Positions 21,486 to 31,647 of a DNA stretch of 64,000 nt are shown here, piece by piece. The stretch's first letter is position 1; each line of letters begins with the position of its first letter. Below the pieces are notes generated by a model that had not been told where the DNA came from, made no database searches, and saw only the letters and a program-made list of their open reading frames with translations. Source of the stretch: a virus; IMG/VR virus record IMGVR_UViG_3300047157_000073, positions 32,001 to 96,000 of that record; one strand, 5' to 3'. The translations under genes were made by a program, and so were the position numbers.

Positions 21486-22160
21486 ATGAAACTAAGTGAA
21501 CACACAGTAGATGTATTAAAAAACTTTGCATCTATAAATCAAAACCTTGTAATAAAAGAAGGTAGTACATTGACAACAATGTCTGCCATGAAAAATATTG
21601 TTGCAAAGGCTGAAGTAGAAGAATCATTTGATAAGGAAGTAGCAATCTATGACTTAAATGAATTTCTTGCTTCTATATCGTTATTTACAAATCCTGTTCT
21701 AGAATTTAACGAAGGGTTTGTGACTATTAAAGAAGAAAATAATCCAAAGAATTCTTTGAAGTATTTTTATTCAGACCCATCGGTTGTTACTTCACCAAAT
21801 AAAACAATTACTATGCCTAGTAAAGAAGTATCATTTAAACTGAATGGTGAAAACTTAAATAAACTTAAAAGAGCTGCTGGTGTTATACAGGCACCAGATT
21901 TAGTATTAGAGAAAAATAATACTGATGTATTCTTAACAGTAAAAGATAAAAAGAATGATACTGCAAATACATTCTCTATTGATGTTGATACTGTTGCAGA
22001 TGGTAGTGATTTTAAATTCTTTTTCAAAGTAGAAAATCTAAAACTTATGGATGGTGATTATGATGTTGATATTTCATCTAAGAATATTAGTCATCTAGCA
22101 TCTTCTAATAAAGATGTAGAGTATTGGGTAGCACTTGAACCTGAATCAAGTTATGAATAA
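21486..22160 (+). CDS. gp45: sliding clamp gp45
   Basis: MKLSEHT..VLKNFASINQ, IYDLNEFL, YWVALE. Confidence 0.96.
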   Translation: MKLSEHTVDVLKNFASINQNLVIKEGSTLTTMSAMKNIVAKAEVEESFDKEVAIYDLNEFLASISLFTNPVLEFNEGFVTIKEENNPKNSLKYFYSDPSVVTSPNKTITMPSKEVSFKLNGENLNKLKRAAGVIQAPDLVLEKNNTDVFLTVKDKKNDTANTFSIDVDTVADGSDFKFFFKVENLKLMDGDYDVDISSKNISHLASSNKDVEYWVALEPESSYE

Positions 22161-22178
22161 CAAATTGGATTATATATT

Positions 22179-23114
22179 ATGGAAACTTTTTTATGGGTTG
22201 AGAAACATCGCCCAAGCACAATCAATGATTGTATTTTACCAGAGAACTTAAAAAAGACTTTTAAGGAATTTGTAGAAGACAAACATATACCAAACTTAAT
22301 TTTATCAGGTGGGCCTGGTGTCGGTAAGACTACTGTTGCCAAAGCAATGCTTGATGAGATTGGTGCAACATCATTACTAATAAATGGTTCAGAAGAATCT
22401 GGTATTGATGTACTCAGAAATAAAATTAAAAACTTTGCCTCTACTGTATCACTTGAAGGTGGTCGTAAGTATGTCATACTTGATGAGGCAGATTATTTAA
22501 ATCCCCAATCAACACAACCAGCACTTCGTGGATTCATGGAAGAATTTCATAAGAATTGTGGATTCATTCTTACTTGTAATTATAAGAATAGATTAATTGA
22601 CCCTCTACATTCAAGATGTAGTGTAATTGATTTTATTATTGCAAAAGATGATAAACCAAAACTTGCAAAAGACTTTTTTGGTCGTGTTAAGAATATTCTA
22701 GAAACAGAAAATGTAAAATATGAACCTAGAGTTATAATGGAAGTATTAACTAAATATTTCCCAGATTGGCGTAGAACAATAAACGAATTACAAAGATACT
22801 CTACATCAGGTCAGATAGATGCTGGTATTCTTGTAAATATATCAGAGGTAAATATAAATGAACTTATTACCGCACTCAAGGCTCAGGAATTCACTAATGT
22901 ACGAAAGTGGATTGTACATAATCTTGATAATGACCCTGTCCGTATTTATCGCAGGATTTATGACAATTTGTATAACCATGCTACTGCTGGTACAATACCT
23001 CATGCAGTTCTTATCTTATCTAAGTACCAGTATCAGTCAGCTTTTGTGGCAGACCAAGAAATAAACTTGTTGGCTTGTCTAACAGAAATTATGGTTGATG
23101 TGAAATGGAAATAA
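22179..23114 (+). CDS. gp44: clamp loader large subunit gp44
   Basis: LWVEKHRP, GPGVGKTT, LDEADY, LHSRC, FPDWRR. Confidence 0.97.
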   Translation: METFLWVEKHRPSTINDCILPENLKKTFKEFVEDKHIPNLILSGGPGVGKTTVAKAMLDEIGATSLLINGSEESGIDVLRNKIKNFASTVSLEGGRKYVILDEADYLNPQSTQPALRGFMEEFHKNCGFILTCNYKNRLIDPLHSRCSVIDFIIAKDDKPKLAKDFFGRVKNILETENVKYEPRVIMEVLTKYFPDWRRTINELQRYSTSGQIDAGILVNISEVNINELITALKAQEFTNVRKWIVHNLDNDPVRIYRRIYDNLYNHATAGTIPHAVLILSKYQYQSAFVADQEINLLACLTEIMVDVKWK

Positions 23115-23830
23115 AAAATGTACAAGTAGTAAAACCTTTTGGGCCATTAATTTTAGTGGCACAATTACCAGAGGGGTTTATTAAAAAACTTAATGACATT
23201 GTTGATGTAATTAAAGATAAAAAAGACATGGGCTCTAGACTTGCTGGTGTAATTGAAACTGAAAGTGAAATACCACATTCTATGTTGGAAGAAAAAAAAT
23301 GTATGGATGTTTTTCATGCACTATGTAGAAGTTACATAGAACAAGCTTATTTAAATTCTCATCAACAAGATTTATTTAATGCAATGGATATTAAAACTCA
23401 AATGCAATCTATATGGTCTGTATCACAATATGAGAATGAATATAATCCACAACACAATCATTCACATTGTCAAATAAGTTCTGTATTATATTTAAAAATA
23501 CCATCTATGAAACCTAGAAATATACCTAACAAACCAAAAGAAAAAGATGGCCAAATAGAATTTACTTTTTGTCAAACTGATAGTGTCTTTACAGTAGGTT
23601 CTTTTGTGACTAAACCAAAACCAGGCATGTGTTTATTATTTCCAAATACTTTATATCATCAAGTGTATCCATTTCAAGGTTCAGGTGAAAGAAGAAGTAT
23701 TGCATTTAACATGACATACAAAGGATTTAAAAAAGATAGTGGAATACAAATTGCTGGTGATAGTGTGAATTTATATAATGAAACAAACCATGCAGACACA
23801 TTACCATGGCGGAGATTAGATAATGTATGA
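23105..23830 (+). CDS. putative 2OG-Fe(II) oxygenase (TIGR02466-like)
   Basis: YNPQHNH, SSVLYLK, FPNTLYHQVYPF, ERRSIAFN. Confidence 0.8.
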   Translation: MEIKNVQVVKPFGPLILVAQLPEGFIKKLNDIVDVIKDKKDMGSRLAGVIETESEIPHSMLEEKKCMDVFHALCRSYIEQAYLNSHQQDLFNAMDIKTQMQSIWSVSQYENEYNPQHNHSHCQISSVLYLKIPSMKPRNIPNKPKEKDGQIEFTFCQTDSVFTVGSFVTKPKPGMCLLFPNTLYHQVYPFQGSGERRSIAFNMTYKGFKKDSGIQIAGDSVNLYNETNHADTLPWRRLDNV

Positions 23831-24215
23831 GTTAAAAGAATATTTAAAAGCAATTAATACTTCCAAAGAAAAACTTATGGATAGTGAAGATGAGCAATGG
23901 GAAAAGAAATATCCACCCTACATTGTAAATAAATGTCTTGCTCCATTTCAAGATACTATATTTCTAGTCAATGAAATGAACATGAATCATCAGACAGATA
24001 AGAAATTACAGTTTGACTTTTTACTAAATACTCTAAGAACAAGGCAAAGGTATACACCTTGGCTAAAGGCGAAGAAAGAAAAACATTTAGAATGTGTTAA
24101 AGAGTATTATGGATATGGTAATGAAAAAGCAAAATCAGCTCTCAGTATACTAAATGATGAACAAATAAAAACTATTATGAATAGTTTAAATAAAGGCGGT
24201 AAACATGGAAAATAA
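23823..24215 (+). CDS. gp62: clamp loader small subunit gp62
   Basis: YPPYIVNKCL, NEMN, QFDFLLN, VKEYYGY. Confidence 0.93.
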   Translation: MYELKEYLKAINTSKEKLMDSEDEQWEKKYPPYIVNKCLAPFQDTIFLVNEMNMNHQTDKKLQFDFLLNTLRTRQRYTPWLKAKKEKHLECVKEYYGYGNEKAKSALSILNDEQIKTIMNSLNKGGKHGK

Positions 24216-24616
24216 TATACAATGGAAGCAGGAGCAGATGTTTGAAGTTCTTTTAAAAGAACCAGATGACTTCCTAAAGATTAGAGAAACTTTATCTCGC
24301 ATAGGAGTTGCTTCTAGAAAAGAAAGGAAACTATATCAGTCTTGCCATATACTTCATAAACAAGGTAAGTATTACATAGTACACTTTAAAGAATTATTTG
24401 CACTTGATGGTAAGGATACAAACTCTATCAGAAAATGATATTGCTAGAAGAAATACAATAGTTAAACTTCTAAGTGATTGGGGTTTAGTTGCAATGAAAG
24501 GTACACCAGAACCGATTGCACCATTAAGTCAAATTAAAATTATTTCATTCAAAGAAAAAGATGAGTGGATGTTAGAAACTAAATATAACATAGGAAAAAA
24601 GAAAGAGGTAGAGTAG
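24205..24616 (+). CDS. regA: translational repressor RegA (frameshift near 24420)
   Basis: DDFLKIRETLSRIG, LYQSCHILHKQGKYYIVHFKELF, RRNTIVKLLSDWGL. Confidence 0.95.
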
Positions 24617-25026
24617 TGGCATATTCAGATAAAGTTTTAGACCATTATGAGAATCCTAGAAATGTGGGAACACTTGATAAGGATGATTCATCAGTTGGTA
24701 CAGGTATGGTCGGAGCACCTGCTTGTGGCGATGTAATGAAACTTCAAATCAAAGTAAATGATGATGGTATCATAGAAGATGCTAAATTTAAAACTTATGG
24801 ATGTGGTTCAGCAATCGCATCATCAAGTCTATTAACCGAATGGGTTAAAGGACAAAGTGTAGATGAAGCTTTAAAAATTAAAAATAGTGACATCGCAGAA
24901 GAACTTGCACTACCACCTGTAAAAATTCATTGTTCAGTCTTGGCAGAAGATGCTATCAAAGCTGCACTTGCAGACTATAAAGGAAAACAAGAATCAATAG
25001 GTAAATGGCAACCCAACTCAGAGTAA
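24616..25026 (+). CDS. iscU: Fe-S cluster scaffold IscU
   Basis: YSDKVLDHYENPRNVG, GAPACGDVM, GCGSAIAS, LPPVKIHC. Confidence 0.96.
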   Translation: MAYSDKVLDHYENPRNVGTLDKDDSSVGTGMVGAPACGDVMKLQIKVNDDGIIEDAKFKTYGCGSAIASSSLLTEWVKGQSVDEALKIKNSDIAEELALPPVKIHCSVLAEDAIKAALADYKGKQESIGKWQPNSE

Positions 25027-25033
25027 ATACATT

Positions 25034-26449
25034 ATGAAGAACTTTCAATCGTTCATCACAGAAGAAAATGTGAATGATGGTGATATACAAATTGCTGTCT
25101 TAACTAAAACATCTTCAAATAAAGAAGAAGTGGTTGCAAACCAACTTAAAAAATATTCAGATAAAAATAAAATTCCATGTCATATTGTTAACACAAGAGA
25201 GGCATGGGTATCAGATAACGATTTAGAAAAAGGTACTTTAACTATATCAAATGTAGAGGGAGAAAGACTAGACTTTGATATACACAAAACAATAGTGTTT
25301 GTTCGTGCTGGAGTATTAGAGGATGAAGTAGGACTTGCATTACTTTCTACTTTTGAAAAGGCAGGTGCATTCATGATTAACAATCGTGATGGTATGTTAA
25401 CTTGTGATAACAAAATGACATCTTATATAACATTTAATCAAAATGGAATACAAACACCAAAAACATCATTAATTAATAATGAAGATTCGGTTGAAGATGC
25501 ACATAAAAGAATCGGTGGTAAGTTTCCTGTTATCATAAAAACAATTACAGGTACACAAGGTATTGGTGTATCAATAGTAAATGATTTTAAAAGTATGATA
25601 TCTGTTGTTCAATCATTATGGAAGTTTGGTGCTGAACTTTTAGTACAAGAATATTTAGAAATGCCATTTGATGTTAGAACTATTGTAGTGGATGGTGTAA
25701 TTATTGCCTCTACTAAAAGAGTAAGACCAAAAGAAGATTTTCGTTCTAATAGACATAGAGGAGCAGAAACATTTCCTTACAAACTTTCTGATGATGAAAA
25801 GGAATCAATATTAAATGCATATCGTTCTACAGGTGCATACATGGTTGGAGTAGACCATTCAATCGTAAATGGTAAAACATATATCTTAGAATGTAATGGT
25901 TCACCTGGTATCGGTTCTAATTTTGGAAATGGTGATGGTAAATTAACAACCAATGAAAGACTAATTGAAAAAGTAGTAACTCATATTTCAAAAGTTAAAA
26001 GTAGATTTGTAGGTTCAACACAAGTTGCTGGATATGTAGAGAGATTAGAGATAGTAGGACTTGGGCCATTTCGTGCTAAGTTTGATACAGGTAATGGAAC
26101 TAAAGCATCCATGTTTCATGTAGACAAATTAGAAATAAAAGGTAAGATGGCTAAATGGGAAAGAGGTGGTAAAAAATTTACTAACAATATTGTTGGTGTA
26201 TCTAAACCTATGCATGTAGACCAAATAGATAAAAGACCAATAGTATTAGTAGATATAAAATTTAATAACAAATTATATAAAGATGTTCCAATAGGATTAA
26301 CCACAAGAGATTCTAAAAGTACATTTTTAATTAATAGGGAATTACTCACTAGATTAAAAGTTGCAGTAAACCCCGACAGGAAATTCGTTCTATCTAGTTA
26401 TATAGAGCGAGGTGATAACAATGATGAAGACTATAGGGACCCAAGATGA
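25034..26449 (+). CDS. RimK-family ATP-grasp ligase fused to a retropepsin-like protease domain
   Basis: FPVIIK..GTQGIGV, QEYL, FRSN.HRG, ECNGSPG; C-terminal AKFDTGNG; N-terminus MKNFQSFITEE. Confidence 0.88.
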   Translation: MKNFQSFITEENVNDGDIQIAVLTKTSSNKEEVVANQLKKYSDKNKIPCHIVNTREAWVSDNDLEKGTLTISNVEGERLDFDIHKTIVFVRAGVLEDEVGLALLSTFEKAGAFMINNRDGMLTCDNKMTSYITFNQNGIQTPKTSLINNEDSVEDAHKRIGGKFPVIIKTITGTQGIGVSIVNDFKSMISVVQSLWKFGAELLVQEYLEMPFDVRTIVVDGVIIASTKRVRPKEDFRSNRHRGAETFPYKLSDDEKESILNAYRSTGAYMVGVDHSIVNGKTYILECNGSPGIGSNFGNGDGKLTTNERLIEKVVTHISKVKSRFVGSTQVAGYVERLEIVGLGPFRAKFDTGNGTKASMFHVDKLEIKGKMAKWERGGKKFTNNIVGVSKPMHVDQIDKRPIVLVDIKFNNKLYKDVPIGLTTRDSKSTFLINRELLTRLKVAVNPDRKFVLSSYIERGDNNDEDYRDPR

Positions 26450-26670
26450 TAAATGCACTTAGAAAAAAATATGAAGCAGAAGTTGCTGCTGCCAAAGCTA
26501 ACATTGATGTTTATATAAACAATCCTGTTGGTATAGGTGAACACCCAGATTTAGTTGGAGCAATGGATTTAGAAATGACCAAGTTGGCAGATGCGTCTGA
26601 TAAACTTGCAACATTGAATTCATTCTACCCAGAAACCGCAGAAGAATTTTTAAAAGAAGAAAACAAATAA
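26446..26670 (+). CDS. conserved hypothetical phage protein
   Basis: ANIDVYINNPVGIGEHPD motif. Confidence 0.75.
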   Translation: MINALRKKYEAEVAAAKANIDVYINNPVGIGEHPDLVGAMDLEMTKLADASDKLATLNSFYPETAEEFLKEENK

Positions 26671-26673
26671 ACA

Positions 26674-26702
26674 TTGACAAAACTTGTTGAGCCAGATATA
26701 CT
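26674..26702 (+). promoter_or_regulatory. sigma70-type promoter for gp43
   Basis: TTGACA-17 bp-TATACT; the -10 lies within the inverted repeat GCCAG-atata-CTGGC. Confidence 0.8.
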
Positions 26703-26714
26703 GGCACATATATT

Positions 26715-29210
26715 ATGAACTTTTATACAAATGTAACACCATGGGGTAATACCCTGCTTGTCAGAGAGTATGTAAATGGAGAAAGGATTAATCGAAAGGT
26801 TAAGTATTCCCCTACACTATTCTGTAAAGTAATCAAAGAAACTAAACATAAAACTTTAGATGGTCAATATGTTACACCTGTAAAACATAATACAATCAAA
26901 GAAGCAAAAGAATGGTTAAAGTCTTATGAAGACCAACCACATCTTATTTTTGGTAATACTACATTTCAATATAACTATATTGCTGATGAATATCCTAATC
27001 ATGTAAAGTGGGATGTTGATAAAATTCTTATTGTAACGATTGATATAGAAGTTGCATGTGAAAATGGTTTTCCAAACCCAGAAGATGCAATTGAACCTTT
27101 ACTATCAATCACAATTAAGAATCATCAAAACAAACAAATATTAGTTTGGGGTACAGGTGAATATAAAAACACAAGAGAAGATGTCACTTATGTTAAATGT
27201 AAAAATGAAAAAGAATTGATACAAGAGTTTTTATCTTTTTGGCAAAAGAATCAACCAGATATTATTACAGGCTGGAACACAGAATTTTTTGATATACCAT
27301 ATGTTTGTAATCGTATTAAAAATTTATATGATGAAAATGAAGTGAATAGATTATCACCATGGGGTAATGTATCAGGTAGAGAAATTTATCAAATGGGTAG
27401 AAAACATCAAGTCTATGATATACAAGGTGTATCACATTTAGATTATTATGATTTGTATAGGAAGTTTACATATACCAATCGTGAGAGTTATAGACTTGAC
27501 CATATTGCCCATGTTGAACTCGGTGAGAGTAAAGATGATAATCCATACGAAACATTCCGAGAATGGTACTTAAAGGACTTCCAATCGTTTATTGACTACA
27601 ATATACAAGATGTAGAAATCGTTGATAGACTAGAAGATAAAATGAGATTGATTGAACTATGTCTAACTATGGCTTATGATGCCAAGGTTAATTATATGGA
27701 TGTACTTGGTTCAGTTAAATATTGGGATATATTAATTTACAACGAACTTCGAAAGAAAGGTATTGTTATACCACAAAAAATTCAAAGAAACAAAACTGAA
27801 AAGTTTGAAGGTGCATATGTAAAAGAGCCACAAGTTGGTTTACATAATTGGGTTATGTCTTTTGATTTAAATTCACTATACCCACATCTGATTATGCAAT
27901 ATAATATTTCACCAGAAACATTAGTTGCAAATGAAAAAGTTAAAAACATGTCTGTTGAGAAAATGCTAAATAAAAGTGTAGATACATCTGTTTTAAAAGA
28001 TGCGACTATGACACCAAATGGTGCTTTGTTTAAAACAACTCAAAAAGGATTTCTACCTGAACTCATGCAAAAGATGTATGATGACAGAGTAAAATTCAAA
28101 CAGTTAATGTTGGAGGCAAAGAAAGATTATGAAAGAACTAAAGACCCAAAACTTAAAAAAACGATTGCAAAATTTAACAACATCCAAATGGCTAAAAAGA
28201 TTTCTCTTAATAGTGCGTATGGTGCTATTGGTAATAACTGGTTTAGGTATTATAATATTTTGGTTGCTGAAGCAATTACTACCAGTGGTCAATTTGCTAT
28301 TAGATATATTGAACATTCTCTTAACGGGTATCTTAATAAAATACTTGAAACCAATGGAGAGGATTACATTATTGCATCAGATACGGACTCGGTGTATATT
28401 TGTTTTGACAAACTTGTCAGCAAAGTATTCAAAGGAGAACAAGATAAAAGAAAAATCGTTGACTTCTTGGACAAGGTCGCTACAGATAAAATCGAACCTT
28501 TTATTGATAAGTCTTATCAAGAACTTGCTGAATATGTAAATGCCTATGAACAAAAGATGCAGATGAAAAGAGAAGTGATTGCAGACAAAGGTATTTGGGT
28601 TGCAAAGAAAAGATATATTTTAAATACACATGATGTTGAAGGTGTTCGTTATAAAGAACCTAAATTAAAAATTATGGGTGTTGAAGCTGTGAAGTCATCA
28701 ACCCCTGCACCTTGTCGTGAAAAAATTAAACAAGCATTAACAATTATAATGAATGAAGATTCAAAAGTGCTAAATAGTTTTATACAAGATTTTAGAAAAG
28801 AATTTATGACATTAAAACCAGAACTAGTTGCGTATCCACGCTCTGTAAATGGATTAAACAAATGGACTGAATCACATAATCTATTTAAGAAAGGAGCACC
28901 GATACATTGTAAAGGTGCAATATTATATAATCATCTTTTAAAGGAGAAAAAATTACAAGGTAAGTATCCTTTTATACAAGAAGGTGATAAGATTAAATTT
29001 TTACATATGAAAATACCAAACACATATCAATCAACATCTATATCATTTATGACTAAGTTACCAAAAGAATTAAACTTACATAGTATAGTAGATTATGATA
29101 TGCAATTTGAAAAGTCATTTATAGAACCATTAAAATTTATTACAGGTATTATACAATGGCAGATAGATGGTAGTTATGGAACACAAGGAACATTAGAGGA
29201 GTTTTTCTAA
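26715..29210 (+). CDS. gp43: family B DNA polymerase gp43
   Basis: DIE exonuclease motif, SFDLNSLYP, KISLNSAYG, DTDS, KKRY. Confidence 0.99.
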   Translation: MNFYTNVTPWGNTLLVREYVNGERINRKVKYSPTLFCKVIKETKHKTLDGQYVTPVKHNTIKEAKEWLKSYEDQPHLIFGNTTFQYNYIADEYPNHVKWDVDKILIVTIDIEVACENGFPNPEDAIEPLLSITIKNHQNKQILVWGTGEYKNTREDVTYVKCKNEKELIQEFLSFWQKNQPDIITGWNTEFFDIPYVCNRIKNLYDENEVNRLSPWGNVSGREIYQMGRKHQVYDIQGVSHLDYYDLYRKFTYTNRESYRLDHIAHVELGESKDDNPYETFREWYLKDFQSFIDYNIQDVEIVDRLEDKMRLIELCLTMAYDAKVNYMDVLGSVKYWDILIYNELRKKGIVIPQKIQRNKTEKFEGAYVKEPQVGLHNWVMSFDLNSLYPHLIMQYNISPETLVANEKVKNMSVEKMLNKSVDTSVLKDATMTPNGALFKTTQKGFLPELMQKMYDDRVKFKQLMLEAKKDYERTKDPKLKKTIAKFNNIQMAKKISLNSAYGAIGNNWFRYYNILVAEAITTSGQFAIRYIEHSLNGYLNKILETNGEDYIIASDTDSVYICFDKLVSKVFKGEQDKRKIVDFLDKVATDKIEPFIDKSYQELAEYVNAYEQKMQMKREVIADKGIWVAKKRYILNTHDVEGVRYKEPKLKIMGVEAVKSSTPAPCREKIKQALTIIMNEDSKVLNSFIQDFRKEFMTLKPELVAYPRSVNGLNKWTESHNLFKKGAPIHCKGAILYNHLLKEKKLQGKYPFIQEGDKIKFLHMKIPNTYQSTSISFMTKLPKELNLHSIVDYDMQFEKSFIEPLKFITGIIQWQIDGSYGTQGTLEEFF

Positions 29211-29314
29211 TGGCAGGTAAAGGAGATAAAAGAAGACCAATGAAAGTACCACAAGATGATTATGAAAAAAATTGGAATAGAATATTTGAAAAGAAAAAGA
29301 AAGAAAAAAAATGA
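29210..29314 (+). CDS. small basic hypothetical protein (34 aa, absent from the ORF track)
   Basis: MAGKGDKRRPMKVPQDDYEKNWNRIFEKKKKEKK; GAGGAG RBS; overlaps the gp43 stop and the next start. Confidence 0.65.
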   Translation: MAGKGDKRRPMKVPQDDYEKNWNRIFEKKKKEKK

Positions 29315-30501
29315 AATATAAACCATATAATTTAAAAGATGTTGTTAAGGCTTCTGAACAAGAAAAGTTTACAGTAGTATCTACCTTTGCTGGTGGCGGT
29401 GGTAGTTCCACAGGTTATCGTTTGGCTGGTGGTAAGATATTATGTGTGAATGAATTCGTTGAACAAGCCATAAACACATATAAAGAAAACTACCCAGACA
29501 CACCTGTACTACCAGATGATATAAAAAAACTTACTGCAGAAGATTTTAACAAGTATGGTGACATAGATATCTTTGATGGTTCACCACCATGTTCAGCATT
29601 CTCTGTATCTGGTGCAATGGTACAAGGCGGACACTCTAAAGGTTGGGGTCAAACTAAGAACTATTCTGATGGTAAGAAGATTGAGAATATAGAAGATTTA
29701 TTTTTTGAGTTTTTAAGAGTTGCAAAAGATTTAAGACCTAAAGTTATTGTTGCTGAAAATGTAAAAGGATTAACTGTAGGAGAGGCAAAGAAATATTATT
29801 ATAAAATTACAAATACATTTGAAGAAATAGGATATGATGTATCATCTAAAGTTTTAAATTCTGTTCACTATGGTGTTCCACAAACTAGACAAAGAACTAT
29901 CTTTATTGCTGTTCGTGAAGATGTAACACAAGAGATAGGACTAACATTTATGAATATTGCTAGTATCTTCCCAGATGAAAGTAAAGATGTTGTCACACTA
30001 GAAGATTGTTTAAGTGATGTAGAAGTAGATAGAAAAGAAGCAGATGAACTAACAGAAAAATTTAAAAATAAATCTCATTATGAAACTTGGTTGAAAATGC
30101 CAGATGACCCAGACAAGGTTGAAACAGGTTGTGATTATCATCCTAAAGGTCATCACTTTAATATGAAAAAAACATCTAGACATAAACCTGCTCCAACAAT
30201 TACAGCAACAGGTGGGGCTATGCATTGGACTGAACCTAGACCATTTACAATTAAAGAAACAAAAAGAATAATGTCATTACCTGATGATTTTAAATTAACA
30301 GGTAGTCATAGTCAACAGTCAGAAAGATGTGGCAGAATGGTACCACCTCTAATGATGAAAGCAATTGCAGAATCAATTTATGAAAAAGTATTGAAACCAT
30401 ACTATAAAAAAAAACCTAAAGAAATAGGTGGAAGAAAAGATGGTTTAGAACCCACTCGATATAATGATTGGGAATCGAAAGGAAGATGTATAGATTTTTA
30501 A
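29311..30501 (+). CDS. C5-cytosine DNA methyltransferase-family enzyme (motif X Asn->Arg) with C-terminal DUF1674-like tail
   Basis: FAGGGG, GSPPC, ENV, QTRQR, CGRMVPP; tail EIGG...EPTRYNDWESKGRCIDF. Confidence 0.92.
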   Translation: MKYKPYNLKDVVKASEQEKFTVVSTFAGGGGSSTGYRLAGGKILCVNEFVEQAINTYKENYPDTPVLPDDIKKLTAEDFNKYGDIDIFDGSPPCSAFSVSGAMVQGGHSKGWGQTKNYSDGKKIENIEDLFFEFLRVAKDLRPKVIVAENVKGLTVGEAKKYYYKITNTFEEIGYDVSSKVLNSVHYGVPQTRQRTIFIAVREDVTQEIGLTFMNIASIFPDESKDVVTLEDCLSDVEVDRKEADELTEKFKNKSHYETWLKMPDDPDKVETGCDYHPKGHHFNMKKTSRHKPAPTITATGGAMHWTEPRPFTIKETKRIMSLPDDFKLTGSHSQQSERCGRMVPPLMMKAIAESIYEKVLKPYYKKKPKEIGGRKDGLEPTRYNDWESKGRCIDF

Positions 30502-30502
30502 T

Positions 30503-31642
30503 ATGAAATATTCAAAGTATAATTTAAAAGATGTAAAAGAAGCATCGGCACAAAATAAGTTTAGTGTCATATCTACCTTTGCAGGTGGTGGTGGTTCATC
30601 TACAGGTTATAGACTTGCAGGTGGAAATATACTTTGTGTAAATGAGTTTGTAGAACAAGCAAGAATTACATATAAAGAAAATTACCCAGATACAAAAATA
30701 CTACCTGATGATATAAAACAACTAACAGGTAAAGACTTTTTAAAAACTGCTGGAATACAAAAAGGTGAACTAGATATATTAGATGGCTCACCACCATGTT
30801 CTGCTTTTTCAATGTGTGGAACACTAGGACAGTCTGGTTCTAAACATTCTGATGGTTGGGGTAAAACTAAAAAGTATTCAGACAATAAAATAGTAGAAAA
30901 TATAGAAGACTTATTTTTTGAGTATCTTAGAGTTGCAGAAGAAATAAAACCAAAAGTAATCATAGGAGAAAATGTTGCAGGTCTTCTCGCAGGCGAAGCA
31001 AAATTAAAGCTAAATGAGATTGTAAACACATTTGAAAAAATTGGTTATGATGTATCATATAAGATTTTGAATGCATCACATTTTGGAGTACCACAGTCTA
31101 GAAGGCGAGTTATCTTTATAGCAGTCCGTGAGGATGTCACAGAGGCCATAGGATTGACATTTATGAACATTGCTAGTATCTTTCCACAAGAGAATAAAGA
31201 AGTAGTAACAGCAGGAGAGGCACTAGAGGATTTAGAATTAGATAAAGAAGAAGTTAAATGGTGTACAGATACATGGTTAAGTTCCGCACATTACAAGGAT
31301 ACAGCATCTTTAATGCCAGATGACCCAGATAAAGTATTAGGTGGAAATGACTTTCATCCTAAAGGATGGCATTTCAATGTTAAGAAAATGTCTAGACATC
31401 ATCCAGCCCCAACAATTACGACAAATGCAGATGTTTGTCACTTTATTGAAAAAAGGCGGTTGACAATTCGTGAAATAAAGCGTATAATGGCTTTACCAGA
31501 TGATTTTATAGTGACTGGTTCTATGTCACAGAAAATAGAAAGATGTGGTAGAATGGTACCCTCATTAATGATGAAGGCCATTGCTGAATCTGTCTATAAA
31601 AATGTAATACAACCTTATAATTGGGTTTGTGGAATGGAGTAA
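30503..31642 (+). CDS. second C5-cytosine DNA methyltransferase-family enzyme (motif X Asn->Arg)
   Basis: FAGGGG, GSPPC, ENV, QSRRR, CGRMVP; close paralogue of 29311. Confidence 0.92.
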   Translation: MKYSKYNLKDVKEASAQNKFSVISTFAGGGGSSTGYRLAGGNILCVNEFVEQARITYKENYPDTKILPDDIKQLTGKDFLKTAGIQKGELDILDGSPPCSAFSMCGTLGQSGSKHSDGWGKTKKYSDNKIVENIEDLFFEYLRVAEEIKPKVIIGENVAGLLAGEAKLKLNEIVNTFEKIGYDVSYKILNASHFGVPQSRRRVIFIAVREDVTEAIGLTFMNIASIFPQENKEVVTAGEALEDLELDKEEVKWCTDTWLSSAHYKDTASLMPDDPDKVLGGNDFHPKGWHFNVKKMSRHHPAPTITTNADVCHFIEKRRLTIREIKRIMALPDDFIVTGSMSQKIERCGRMVPSLMMKAIAESVYKNVIQPYNWVCGME

Positions 31643-31647
31643 AAATT

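Noticed and set aside
25034-26449. RimK ATP-grasp as the amide ligase decorating carboxymethylcytosine
   Set aside because: Separated from the MTases by gp43, has typical RimK plus protease architecture and a capsid-targeting-like N-terminus; speculative only
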